Assembly (NCBI RefSeq): GCF_018977255.1
Contig: NW_024704742.1
Span: 74,402,001-74,466,000, forward strand
From: Callorhinchus milii
Lineage: Eukaryota
Direction of reading: 5' to 3'
DNA length: 64,000 bases
In this document: positions 25,186 through 37,790 of the stretch, piece after piece
Layout of the letters: every line of letters starts with the position of its first letter
How positions within the stretch are numbered: the stretch's first letter is position 1
The notes under the pieces: generated by a model
Database searches by the model: none
Told to the model about the DNA's origin: nothing
The model's input: only the letters and a program-made list of their open reading frames with translations
Program-made: the position numbers and the translations under genes

Positions 25186-26270
25186 TTGTTTGCAGTTTTG
25201 TAATTCCTATTTTTCTTCATTTTGTGTTCAATTGAGCCAGGGCCAAGTTTAATTGCTTTCCACAATATTTCTACATTTGTTTGCTGTAATCATTGCTTGC
25301 ATTCTGAAATGATTCCAAAACCCCACCTGCTCTGCTCCGAAGGTAAAACGAGTACTTATCAGTTCCCCACTAAAATATTTTTGTGTGCTGTAGAATCAAA
25401 TGAGTAATGCACAGAGTGAAGTGTCTTCACTCCAGATTTCTAAATCTGATGCATTCTTACCAGTCAATACCAGTTTCCGGATCTACTTATTGTATTAATT
25501 TTTAAAACCTTAACGGGTTTCATCTGTGGGTTTAATAAAGCATTCATTACTAATGTTAAACACCTGCTACTTTCCTTGTTCTATTTTTAACCTGAGCATA
25601 ATTTTTCAGAACAAACTCAATTTGTCACATACTTAGTATAACCTAAGTCACAAATAGATTGCTTTATCACCAGAATTTCATTCAATCCTTGGTTTGGTAC
25701 TATGGCTTGCTATACAGATGATCGTTTGGTCATATGCTAATAATTTGATCTCTTTAAAATGTTGCAACATTTGCAACATTTTATGCAATTCCATGGATAC
25801 TAGATCACTATTGGAATGGTTTCAACAAAATGACCAAACTATTAATTGAGCACCTTTTATGCTATCCACTGGACCAAAATAGCTTTGGTTGTAGGGAACC
25901 AGCTTTTAGATGCTATGCTAACTTAGATGCTGTCATGTGCTAAATGGTATAATATTGTTCTTATTGATATTGCATAGTTTAATATTGAAGGCAGCTGGTC
26001 TATATTTAAAGGGAAATTGTTAAGGTTTCACCATATTTGTGTTTTGTGTCAAATAATTTGTTACTCAGGGTATCAGGAGAAACACCTGTTTCTTTTTGAA
26101 TAATATCATTGACATCCACCTAAATGGGCAGGCGGGAATAAATGGTTTTAAAATAGATGGCATCTCCAACTATACATCTCTGACAGAATATTGGCGTATC
26201 AGCCTAGAGAGTAAGCTCAAAGATTTGTTGTGGGGTTTTCCCCCAGTCTTTTGATTCTGTGGTGAGAGTG

Positions 26271-26800
26271 ATAATAATAATCCTTGCATTTGATATCGCA
26301 CTTTTCACGTCCTCTCGACGTCTCAGAGCGCTTCACATAATAGACTCTAAAGTGAATTGACTGTATATTTGTGGATGAAATGCGGCAGCCAATTGCGCAC
26401 AGCAGTGTCCCACAAACAGTCGTGGATTGAAGTGACCAATTTATTATTTTTTTGCGGGATTATTATCAGGCGTGTGGAGTAATGATAATAATAATAATCC
26501 TTGCATTTGATATAGTGCTTTTCACGTCGGGAGGACGTCCCAAAGCACTTCACAGAATTTACTGTAAAGTGAATTGACTGTATATTTGTGGGCGAACGCG
26601 GCAGCCAATTGCGCACAGCAATGTCCCACAAACAGTCATGGATTGAAAATGACCAATTTATTATTGGTTTGGGTTTTTGGAGGGATTATTATTAGGCGTG
26701 TGGAGTAAGGAAACTTGCCCAAGGTTTCGCCCTGCTGGGAATCGAACCCAGGTCTTTCACTTGCAAGGCAAGTGCTCTAATCGCTGAGCTACAGGACTCC
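26271..26800 (-). mobile_element. Tandem pair of young SINEs (26271-26480 truncated; 26482-26800 full) inserted in an older SINE
   Basis: Two consecutive reverse SINE tails/bodies with one head (..gagctacaggactcc). Flanks are agagtg / acagtg. Confidence 0.9.
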
Positions 26801-27734
26801 ACAGTGCTACCTAATGAGAATTGCAATTAGAAATAGTACCATAGAAATTTGCAGCATTAAAGACCATGGTGTATGTACTGACTCTGAAAGAGCAATCCAT
26901 TCAGTCCCATTTACCTTGTTTTCCTTCCTATCAATGGAAATTAGATTATCTTTGATTACTTAGTTATTTTTTCCGTCATTCTTGTAGGATGAGTTTTTTA
27001 ATTGGGTGCAACTATTCTATTGAAACCAGTTTGAATATTTTCCTTTAATTACATTTAAAGACATTAAACAACCCTTTAAATATTGCATGGTTTTCAAATG
27101 AGCTTTAACAGGGTTGGTATGGTCTTGATGCCATAGCTGTTACTAGGAGCTCACTCTTACGGTTCCTTCATAGCCTACCAAATAGGGACTTGAAGTGGAA
27201 GCTAAGATTTCTTTTTAGCATTGATGGCGAGGCCACAATTGTAAATCAATTGACATTCTTTGATTGTTTCATGTAGTTGGCACTAGAAATGTGAAAACAA
27301 CCTTTCTTCACAACTTTGACTGAATTATTCACGTCAAGCCATCTTTTACCCTTTTTTATTCTCAATGCATCACTCCAGAGTGTAAGAATAATATTGGCTG
27401 AAAGTTTGGTCACAACTGAAGAAAAAAATGTGTTTATTTCTCGGTGATATTGGTGATTACAAGAATAGATGCAGCTTGAAATGAAGAAACAATCCACAGG
27501 CAATGATTGTTTTCTTACGCCTGGATTGGCGTAACGGAGGCCAGCAGAGCAGGATTGAATTTATTTATTGAATAAATATTCTGTATTTTTTCCTTCATGA
27601 TCAACAAAAACAAATTTCATTTGTATAACATCCTTCAACACAGGTAGCGGCTCACAGTGCTTCATTGGGCTTCATTGGCATATCTACAGAGCTTTCTCCC
27701 AGGAAATACGGTGGAGAGGATCCAATACCATACA

Positions 27735-28870
27735 AATTCCATTGTTTAGCGCCTTTCATATTAGGAGGACCTCCCAAGGTGCTGGACAGTCAGGGGTTTG
27801 GACCCGAGCTGGGGGTCGGGTTTGCGAAGGGTAGGATGGGTAGGAGGGTGGCTGAAGGCTTGGTCGAAGAGGAGGGTTTGAGACATGCCTTGAAGGAGGC
27901 AAGGGAGGAAGTGAGACGAAGGGAATGTGGGCTGAAGTTCCATAGGGTGGGGGCAGGAAGGCTGCAGGTTCAGTCACCGATGGGAGCGGGCTGGGTGTGG
28001 GACATGGAGGAGGCCAGAGCCTGCTGAGCAGAGTGAGCAAACAGGTTGAGATGAGATCAGTAGATCACAGAGGTAGGGAGGGGCAAGGCCGTGGAGGGCC
28101 TTGAAGGTGAGGTTGAGGATTTTGAACTCTAACCTCTGGGGGATGTGGAGCCGGGCGAGGATGGGGATGATGGCTTCACAGAGCCTGGTGTGGCAGAGGA
28201 CATGAACTCAGAATTCTGGATGATCTGCAGCTTGTGGAGGGAAGAGTTGGAAAGGCCGATAAGCAGGGAGTTGACGTAGTCGAGCCTAGATGTGCTGAAT
28301 GTATGGATGAGGATTTTGGTGACCTGTGGGATGAGGAAGTGGCGGAGCTGGGCAATGTTGCAGAGGTGGGGGAAGGCAGAGCGGGTCATGGCACGGATGT
28401 GGGGTAGAAAGGACAGTTGAGGGTCAAACAAGATGCCAAGGTTACAGACTGGCTCAGTAAGGTGGAGTGCGCATTTTTGGATGGTGATGCTGTTAGTGCC
28501 TGAGGTATGGAGGTGCTGACAAGAGCCAATCAAGAGAGCCTTGGTTTTGTTGACATTCAACTGTAGAAAGTTAGCTCTCATCCAGCACTTGATGTCTGTC
28601 AGTACAGCAGTGGTCCTGGAATCGAGGGTGGTGGCAGAGAGATAGAGTTGGGTATCATCCGCGTACATGTGGAAGTTGACCCCATGTCTGCGGATGATGT
28701 CATCAAGAGGGAACATACAGATGTTAAGGAGGGGACCAACGATAGGGCTCTGAGGAATGCTGCACAAGACGGTCCAGAGGCTAAAGGAGAAATCGTTTAT
28801 GGAGATTAAGTGGAGACATTGTGAGAGGTATGATCTGAACCATTCATGGACAGAACCATGAGTCCACAAC
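27735..28870 (-). mobile_element. L2 LINE 3' fragment
   Basis: 246 aa ORF with HMYADDTQLYLS, NFLQLNVNKTK, TSRLDY; L2 tail at ~27740. Confidence 0.92.
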
Positions 28871-29451
28871 AGGATAGACTTTGCATGGAGTGGAAGAAAT
28901 GCACTTGGTAAGGTGAATGGCCTTTAATTTCATGCTCAGCTTTAATATTTGTGCCATGTCTTGCCAAAACCGCTATTAATTTTCCATATCAATTTATTTT
29001 GCTTCTTGGACTGGTGTGCATGTGATTTAAGCCAGGGCCAATGTGTTGGCAGGGCAGGTAGGTGACCAGTTGGTAACACTCACCTCTGAGTCAAAAATAT
29101 CATAGGTTCATTTTGCACTTTGAGCTCAAATTTTGTATTTACATTTGAGCCTGGCACTTCAGTCCAAGTGCTGGGAGAGTGCTGCATTGTTAAAGGTGCA
29201 GTCCTTTGAATGAGAGGTTAAACCAGTCTCCCAGTACTGGATGTCTGTGAGGGCGCTTCTCCTCTGTGTGCGCAGGCACCTTTGAAGAAGTAAACCCCCA
29301 AAAATCATTGCAGTATATAAAAATGCAAAACTCTGAAAAATGTTGTTGGACATCTACATAGAACTCAAATTCAAACTCTTCTCTTCAAATATTGCCATTG
29401 AATTTTTCATATCCACCTAAAGAGGCAGACAGGATCTCGCCATACGTTGTT

Positions 29452-29750
29452 GAGACATCTCAAAGTACTTCACAGAATACACTGTAAACTGAATTGACCC
29501 TTTTGTGGGTGAAACTCGACAGCCAATTGCACACAGTAGTGCCCACAAACAGTCGTGGATTGAGTGACCAATTTATTTATTGAAGGGATTATTATCCCCA
29601 GAAAGCGATCTGCTAATCGACTAACAACCCGATTCCTACTTACTGCTAGATAAACATAGTCGTTTGGAGTAAGGTAACTTGCCTTAGGTTTCACCCTGCT
29701 CAGGAATCAAAACCTAGATCCTCGCTTGCGAGGCGTATGCGCTAACCAAT
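29452..29750 (-). mobile_element. Deu-domain SINE (long form), partial
   Basis: Reverse body and head, including the internal ggaatcgggttgttagtcgattagc segment. Confidence 0.85.
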
Positions 29751-30187
29751 ACCCCATTCGAAGTACAGCATCGATGCAACACCCCCCCCCCCCACCCAGT
29801 ACTGCATGGTGTGTCTGCTTAGACTCCTAAGTCCTGATGTGGGGCTTGAATCCACAACCTTCTGACTCAGATGAATGTGCTACCACGGCGCCAGCACATA
29901 ATGAAATTAATAAACACTGAAAAACAAGCTCAAGCTATATGAAATTATCAAGGATTATTATTCAGCAAGAAAACTGGCAAGAATTAGAGGGCCGGCTGCA
30001 GCTGGGAGATTGTACTTCAAAGTGAGTTTGGAAGAGGAGGATCATTAAAACACTGTACTTTTAGAATTTAGTTGCCAAAGGACGGGGTGATTATTTTATC
30101 TGATTAAGAATCATCTCATTTCAACTTTGTTTTTCCACTTACGCCAGTAGATGGCACTTAAATTCTGCAACTGTGAGATGGATCTGA

Positions 30188-30335
30188 GAGTTCAGACGAA
30201 AGGTCATTGGCCTGAAACGTTAACTCATTTTGCTCTCCATGGATGCTGCCTGACCTGCTGCGTGTTCCCAGCGACTTCTGTGTTTATCCAGATTTCCAGC
30301 ATCTGCAGTACTTTGCTGTTTGTTTTCTGTGTTTG
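30188..30335 (+). mobile_element. Penelope-like element terminus with hammerhead-like motif
   Basis: gagtt-cagacga-a-aggtc-att-ggcct-gaaacgtt-aactc, followed by ctccatggatgctgcctgacctgctg..ttccagcatctgcagt. Confidence 0.65.
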
Positions 30336-31149
30336 AGACTTGGGCAGGAAGATAGTGGTTCACTTCATGCAGAGCTATGCTACCCATGAGGAACCTCACA
30401 AGGAGTTCCTGATACCTGCCATCCACCGAATGAGGGTTCAAACCTGCACTTGTTAGATGTCAAATGACCAACTATAACATGACTATTCTTGGGGGAGGGG
30501 AATACGCAAGGCCTCCAAGGTAACGTGTTTGGCAATGGATTGAGTCAATCCTTTGTGGCTGCCTTGGCAATCCAGTTCCTGAACCAGGTGTACCTCAGGG
30601 CACAAAGCTCCTGTTAACCCTGCAAGCCACAGCCCTATGGCTAAGGGTGTCCGAGCTGGAAGCTTGCCAGACAATCCTCTCAATGGTAAACCATACGGTT
30701 TTAGCCAGCAGGAACTCTAGCAGTAACTCAACACGTATGCTGAAGTCCCCAAACCTTGGTTCTTGCCAACCTGTGCCTAATACATTCTAAAATGAGATAA
30801 ACAGGGTGCATCCCTTTGGGAGAGAAAGCATAATCCAGATGCAGGAATTTCCATGTGCAGGTGGCATACATGGAACTCTTGGATCTGGTCTAGATATTCT
30901 TAAGCATAGTGATGTGTAACCACACTTGTCAGACATTGACCTAATCAAAATGACATAGGATAAATGAAAACCCTAAGCCTCTGATAATATCAGCAACTCA
31001 GAGTTTGGGGGGTTGAAGCTACTTCTGCCCAACCCTTGCATTTCATTGTGGGGGAGCGCTCTCCTGCACCCCCCTGCCCCTCCAGTTCCTCCACAACCAA
31101 CAACAACAAAATTACATTTATATAGCACTGCTATAAATAATCTAAATAT

Positions 31150-31431
31150 AATATCATGTCTTTGAGATGTCTCAAAGTGCTTCACAGAATAAGCTGTAAA
31201 GTGAATTGACTATATATTTGTAGATGAAACACGGCAGCCAATTGCGCACAGCAGTGTCCCACAAACAGTCGTGGATTGAAGTGACCAATTTATTATTGTT
31301 TTTTTTTCTTGAGGGTCTATTATCAGGCATGCGGAGTAAAGAAACTTGCCCAGAGTTTTGCCCTGCCAGGAATTGAACCCAAGTCTCTTGCTTATGAGGC
31401 GAGTGCTCTAACCACTGAGTTACAGGACTCC
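31150..31431 (-). mobile_element. Deu-domain SINE (short form)
   Basis: Ends ctctaaccactgagttacaggactcc (reverse of the head). Confidence 0.9.
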
Positions 31432-32129
31432 ACTATAAAGAGTGATTGGGTATATTTTGTAAACAAACACAGCAGCCAATTTGCACAGCAATAGCCCACA
31501 AACAGCGAAGGAGTGAGTAATCAATTTTACTTGGGGGTATTGTTAGCCAGGACACCAACAGAAACTCCCTTCTTTTTTCGAAAAGTGCCTCGGGATTTTT
31601 AACATCCACCTGAACAGGCAGATGGACCTTCGTTTAACATCTCATCCAAAGATGGCATGTCTAGCAATGCAGCATGTCCCCAGCGCTGCACTGGAGTATC
31701 AGTGATTCCAAATCTTGACATGGGGCTTTGAGTCAGAGCCATGGTGTTACGATTTGCAGTGATATTCAGTAAGCTCCTGATAACTCATCACTCTAAGGGA
31801 AAGGGCTTAGTGACGAGTTATCTGGAGTGGCGAGTTAGGCCTATGTATAAATAAATAAATGTGGCCGGGATACTAACAGCCTGATGATAAGTGGTAGTAA
31901 CAAGCTAAGAAGGGACGAGGAGTTTACTGTACATGGGATTCCTGCATGAGAAACAGTTGAGCAGGTGTGGAGGTTTTTCTGGCAGTGATGCTGCTTTCCT
32001 GAGATTTTTTTCCCCCAATCCCACTGTCTGGAGATACATTCCCTCATCATATCCTCTCAGTGGGATATGTACCTTCTTACGTTTCCATGGAAAATTAAAA
32101 AAAGCTTTAAATTTCAGAGATGTAAAAAC

Positions 32130-33530
32130 AATTGAGTTGTGATAATGGGGGACTTCAATTATCCTACCGTAGACTGGGAAAAAACAGTCTAAAGGATAAG
32201 GAGGGGGAAGAATTCCTGAAATGTGTACAGGAGAACATTCTTGATCAGTATGTTTCCAGCCCAACGAGGAAACAAGCAGTGCTGGATCTAGTCCTGGGGA
32301 ATGAAGTGGAGCAAGTGGAACGTGTGTCAATGGCAGAGCATCTGGATAACCGTGATCACAGTATCACCAGGTTTAGAGTACTTACGGAAAGGGACAAAGA
32401 ACAATCCAAGGTGAAGATACCCAACTGGATGATGGCTAATTTCAGAGTTGAAAAGGGATCTGGCCCATGTGGATTGGAAACAAAGATTGAAGGGTAAAAC
32501 ACTAAGGGTACAGACTAAACACGTTCCCATGAGGGAGAAAAGTAGGGCATCCAAAATGAGTGCTCCCTGGATGACTAAACAAATTGGGATTTGTTTAAAA
32601 TTAAACAGAAAAGGAGGCTTATGATAGATGTCAGGTTCATAACACAGTAGAAAATCAAGTAGAAACAGAAAGTGCAGAGGAGAACTGAAAAAGAGAATAA
32701 TAAGCAAAGAGAACGCATGAGAAAAGATTAGCGGGCAACATAAAGGGAACACTAAGGTCTTTTATAAACATATAAAGAGTAGAAGGATGATAAAAAAAGG
32801 GTGGGGCCTAATAAGGACCAAAAAGGAAAACTTATTGTGGAGGCAGAGGGCATGGCTGAGGTACTGAATGAGTACTTTGTATCTGTCTTCACAAAAGAGG
32901 ATACTGCTAATGTCACAGTAAAGGAGGAGGGGGGTAGAGAAATTGGATAAGATAAAAGATAGAGGAGGTACTGAAAAGGTTAGCAGCACTCAAAGTAGAA
33001 AAGTCACCTGGTCTGGATGGGATGCATCCTAGATTACTGAGGGAAGTAAGGGTGGAAATAGTGGAGGCTCTGGCCACAATCTTTCAATCCTCTTAGGATA
33101 TGGGAGTGGTGCCTGAGGACTGGAGGATTACAAATGTTACTCCCCTGTTCAAAAAAGGGGAGATGGATAAACCCGGTAGTTACAGACCAGTCAGCCTAAC
33201 CTCGGAAACTTCTAGAAACCATAATACGGGACAACATTAATTTGCACTTGGAAAAACATGGGTTAATAAAGGACAACCAATGTGGATTTGTTAAAGGCAA
33301 ATTTTACCTAGAGAATTGTTACTTTCTGGAATGCACTGCCTGAAAGAGTGGTGGAAGCAAATTCAATAGTAGCTTTCAAAAGTGAATTGGAGAGGTACTT
33401 AAAAAGGAAACATTGCAGGGCTATGAGGTAAGAGCAGAGCAGTGGGACTAGTTGGGAGCTCTTTCAAAGAGCCGGCACAGGTACGATGAGCTGAACGGCC
33501 TCCTTCTGCGCTGTAAGATTCTATTATTCC
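32130..33530 (+). mobile_element. CR1 LINE fragment with large internal deletion
   Basis: Endonuclease remnant (GDFN; DQYVSSPTRKQAVLDLVL), then KSPG-DGMHP, PEDWR and RPVSLT. At ~33305 it jumps directly to the CR1 3' end. Homologous to 611-2990. Confidence 0.9.
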
Positions 33531-33799
33531 ATGAATTGCTTACAGGCCAAAATAAGGGAAAACCTCAGTAAATAAGGGGAATTGGATGCTGACAATCCTT
33601 TCACTTGGGGCTACACTATTAAGGAAATAGCTTCATAATTGTTAAAATAAGGAACATGAGAGGATTTTTCTCTCCTTAAAAATTTCCCTGGTGGCTGGGT
33701 AACAGGTCTGAATGGGGGGGGGGGGGGGGGATTTTTTAAATATATATATATCAATAAAGTCCTGAGTGTCGCAGTCTCACTGATCAACACCATGGCTGT

Positions 33800-33994
33800 C
33801 TGGGGATAGACACACTGGCCTCACTTACCAGAAGTGTAGCCACAGGACTGGAAACTTTGATTTGTTTTTCAAAAGAAAGATGTTGGAGGGGTGGAGGGGA
33901 GGGGGGGAGGGGTGGAGTCGCAGGCAACGAGTGGTGGGTGAGGTGATGGTGTTGTGGGGAGGGTTGGTGTTGCTGTTGGTAACCATTTACAGCT

Positions 33995-34035
<41 letters not shown>

Positions 34036-34390
34036 GTGGCTGCTGAGTTGGTTCCAGCGCCTCCCCTCCCCTCCCCTCAGCCCTCCCCTCCCCTCACCCC
34101 CACACCCCCCCTTCACAGCTGTGGCGGTGTGTGCACTGCAGCGCCTTCATTGTGACAACACTTCAGACAAAGGGACAGAAACAGCCACACAAAGAGCTCA
34201 GTGCCTGAGAGGGACCTCCTCTGCGCCTCTCGTCCCCCCCCCGATGTGTGTCCTGTCCTGTCCTGTCCTGTCCCGAGCACACAGCCTGAGAGGGGCGGGA
34301 GGGGGGCAGGGAGGGAGGGAGGGGGCAGCGGACACACCGAGCAGCGCCGCGAGGCATGTGAGCAAGATAGGCGCCTGAGACTGCAGGTAC
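33800..34390 (+). promoter_or_regulatory. CDKL2: GC-rich probable promoter / non-coding first exon of CDKL2
   Basis: The only GC-rich non-repeat island between G3BP2 and the first CDKL2 coding exon. GC box ggggcggg at ~34292; candidate donor CAG|GTACTG at 34386/34387. Confidence 0.55.
33994..34034. repeat. (CT)n(CA)n compound microsatellite
   Basis: tctctctctc...cacacacacacaca. Confidence 0.95.
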
Positions 34391-34394
34391 TGTA

Positions 34395-35075
34395 CCCCCC
34401 ACACACCCCCTCAGCTCTCACACCCCCACAGCACTCACACCCCCTCAGCTCTCACACCCCCTCAGCTCTCACACCCCCTCAGCACTCTCACACCCCCTCA
34501 GCTCTCACACCCCCTCAGCACTCACACCCCCTCAGCACTCACACCCCCACAGCACTCACACCCCCACAGCTCTCACACCCCCTCAGCTCTCACACCCCCT
34601 CAGCTCTCACACCCCCTCAGCACTCTCACACCCCTCAGCACTCACACCCCCTCAGCTCTCACACCCCCTCAGCACTCACACCCCCTCAGCTCTCACACCC
34701 CCTCAGCACTCACACCCCCTCAGCACTCACACCCCCTCAGCACTCACACCCCCTCAGCACTCACACCCCCTCAGCACTCACACCCCCTCAGCACTCACAC
34801 CCCCTCAGCACTCACACCCCTCAGCACTCACACCCCCTCAGCTCTCACACCCCCTCAGCACTCACACCCCCTCAGCTCTCACACCCCCTCAGCTCTCACA
34901 CCCCCTCAGCACTCACTGCACTCTCACCCCCTCAGCACTCACACCCCCTCAGCTCTCACACCCCCTCAGCACTCACACCCCCTCAGCACTCACACCCCCT
35001 CAGCTCTCACACCCCCTCAGCACTCACTGCACTCTCACCCCCTCAGCTCTCTCACCCCCTCAGCACTCACACAGC
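34395..35075. repeat. 17-bp minisatellite, ~40 copies
   Basis: Unit ctcacaccccctcagc(a/t) tandemly repeated; it explains the spurious 298 aa ORF. Confidence 0.97.
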
Positions 35076-37499
35076 TTCAGCTCCCACAGTGAGCTGAGCA
35101 ACTGTTAAATAGACTGAGAAAAGTTACTGTATAAACCACACTGAGAAAATGAGATTTGTTATTGTGTAAATCATTTAACGTGATAAACAATATTTAAATA
35201 ATCATAGTTATAAAGGTCATTTCTCTCTGGTATGATTATTGTATAATAGTAATATTTAATGGACACATCTGGCATTTAGGCAAACTTGGTATTTCTGAAT
35301 TTCAATATTTACAAATGACATGATAGAAGTACAATAAATGTAAAGTACTTCATTTGTTTGTTATGAATAGATGAAAAGCAACAAGATATTTATAGCGGAC
35401 AACAATTACACAGAGGTCTGACTCCATGCATTTAGTGCATGCTGGATGTGTTAAAATTATAAATTTTCCTGTAAACCTACTGTAGTTATAATTGTATAGT
35501 CATAATTGGCTGCTGTGTTTCATTCACAAAATACAGTCGATTCACTTTACAGTATATTCTGTGAAGCGCTTTGAGATGTCTCAAAGCCCTGATAAGGCGC
35601 TACATCAAATGCAAGGATTATCAGGATTATCTGTCCTAAACCAATCTCAGAAAAAATGTCTCCTTTTGTGTGGAATTATGTAGCAAAACTATTAAAGTAT
35701 TCCACATCATAAAGGATTTGAAAATCATAGTCCTGGTATTTGCCTGTGATACCATATTAATTTCGCATTAAATTGAAGGCAGACAGAATTGTTGATTCTT
35801 AAATCCAGCCTTGTTTGAAAGCTCAATGTTAAAAAAGACCAGACCATGAAATTACAAGAATCTTCCAAATCAAGGCTAAATGTAAGGTTTTTCTGCAATT
35901 CTCTCTTACATTTAAATCAAAACAGTCCCACAGTCTTAGACCAGGGAAATTTCAGCTCTATGATCTTTTATAATTTGATATGTGCTTCTATAAAGTATCA
36001 TCATGTAAATTTATACTTGTAAAATCCTGAAATATTAGAAAGCCTGAATAAATGATAGCATTGCCTTCAATTAACATGCCTGCTAACTTCACTGCTATGA
36101 ATTGTTATATGCTGCATGTTTACTTTCAGGTGATCAGTTTTCAGTATCTGATTTTATATTTCATAACTGTACAGTATGGCAGAAAGTTTTTGGAGTAAAT
36201 TCATAAAGGTTCTTATAATTTCATGGTATGATTATCATCGTCTGTTATTGTACAATGAATGTGGCTTTACAGGATGCTGTAAAGTTAAGAAAAAGCTAAG
36301 TAATATTTAACAGCTGAAGTATGCAGTTTTTTTCAATAATAGCGACTCATGAATACCAGTGCAGGATACCAGGAGGGAGCAGGACCTAAACATAATGTTG
36401 TGTCTTTAACTCTGCAAAGTAATCAATCACTTCTTTGGTGACCGGTGGGAATCAATCTGGTGACACAGAATCATCGAATTTTACAGGAGACACGGGAAGC
36501 CATCAACCAATCAAAGCTGTACTGAATCCATTTGGTTCCACTTACCATACATTTTAGATTCTTTTTGTCTAAATCCCCTTTAAAAAATATAGATTTTTCT
36601 TCAACAAATGTTTTGGTAGAGCCTTCCATGCCATAATAACCTCTTCCATTGTTTTTTTGATATTGATCTTATATTTATGCTCTGTAGTTACTGAATCACT
36701 GACCTGTGGAAACAGATGCCTTATCAATACCTCTCAACTTTCTCTGAGTGAAAACAGCCCAGATCTCTCTCATCTGTTCTCATAGATTATATAGAGTGAC
36801 ACAGCAAAGAGAAGGGAGTTTCCCCGGTTCCCTGACCAACAATCACACGAATAAAATTGTTTATTAATTTCAATGTTTGTAAGACATTACTGTACGCAAA
36901 TTGGCTGTTGCGGTCGCATACAAAATACATAGTAACTTCACTTCACATTATTTCCTGTGAAGTACTTTCACAATGAGAGAAACTCCCTTCTCTTTTTGAA
37001 GAGCACAGTGGGATCTTTAACGTCTACCCGAACAGACCAACGCACCTCAGTGATGTTGAGTAATAGAGATGTATTACCAGCAAATGCAGAATTGCATTGA
37101 TATTGATAAGACTGCTTCAAATAAAAGTCTCAAAAACTCTGGGGCTTTAGGAAACAATACATCATACTTAAATGTTTATTTCTGGTTCCAGATAAAGTTC
37201 ATTGATTGAAAATATCTCTACTATAAATGTTCACTATGGAAGTCAATTACCATGTGGTATAAGTCAGATAGACACTTTTTTGTCCTTCAGAGGTTACAGT
37301 ATTCTCGCTATTCTTAGATTTTTAGTATTCCTCCATTATCACACCAACTCAGCCACGTTCAGAAATTTAGTTCTGTGAAATATTTATTGGCTCCTGGTCT
37401 GTGGTTGAGGCGAATAAAATTCAGATATCACCCATGTAGGATGGAGGACAACTGGGGGCTCTTTCACACTGATTTACTATTTCAAGTAATATTACTTGG

Positions 37500-37790
37500 T
37501 GAACACCAGCCTGTTTCAGGTACCCCGCACCCCCTGCCCCACATTGGCGGTCGGGCATTCAACATCTCTGCCCCCACACTGTGGAATTCGATCCTGCAAT
37601 CCCTCAGCCTCACCCCGTCTCGTTTCCGTCAGGTCCCGTCTCAAGACCTTGTTCTTTGACTGGGCCTTCAGCCACCCTCCTCTCCCTGCCCTCCACCCTT
37701 CCTGATCCCAAACACCAGTTTGGGTATGGATCCCTGACCGTCCTCCTGATGTGAGAGACGCTATACAAATGTAATTTTTTTGTTGTTGTA
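37500..37790 (+). mobile_element. L2 3' fragment
   Basis: cattggcggtcgggcattc...gacgctatacaaatgtaat..gttgttg. Confidence 0.8.

Noticed and set aside
28129..28869. Intact reverse transcriptase gene
   Set aside because: A truncated, decayed L2 ORF2 fragment. All LINE ORFs in the window are broken by stops or frameshifts, so none is autonomous.
34395..35075. CRISPR-like array
   Set aside because: Contiguous tandem units without unique spacers, in a vertebrate genome with no cas genes.
34201..35097. 298 aa ORF rich in HTPSALTPPQ repeats
   Set aside because: It is the translation of the 17-bp minisatellite, with a non-ATG start and no coding signature.
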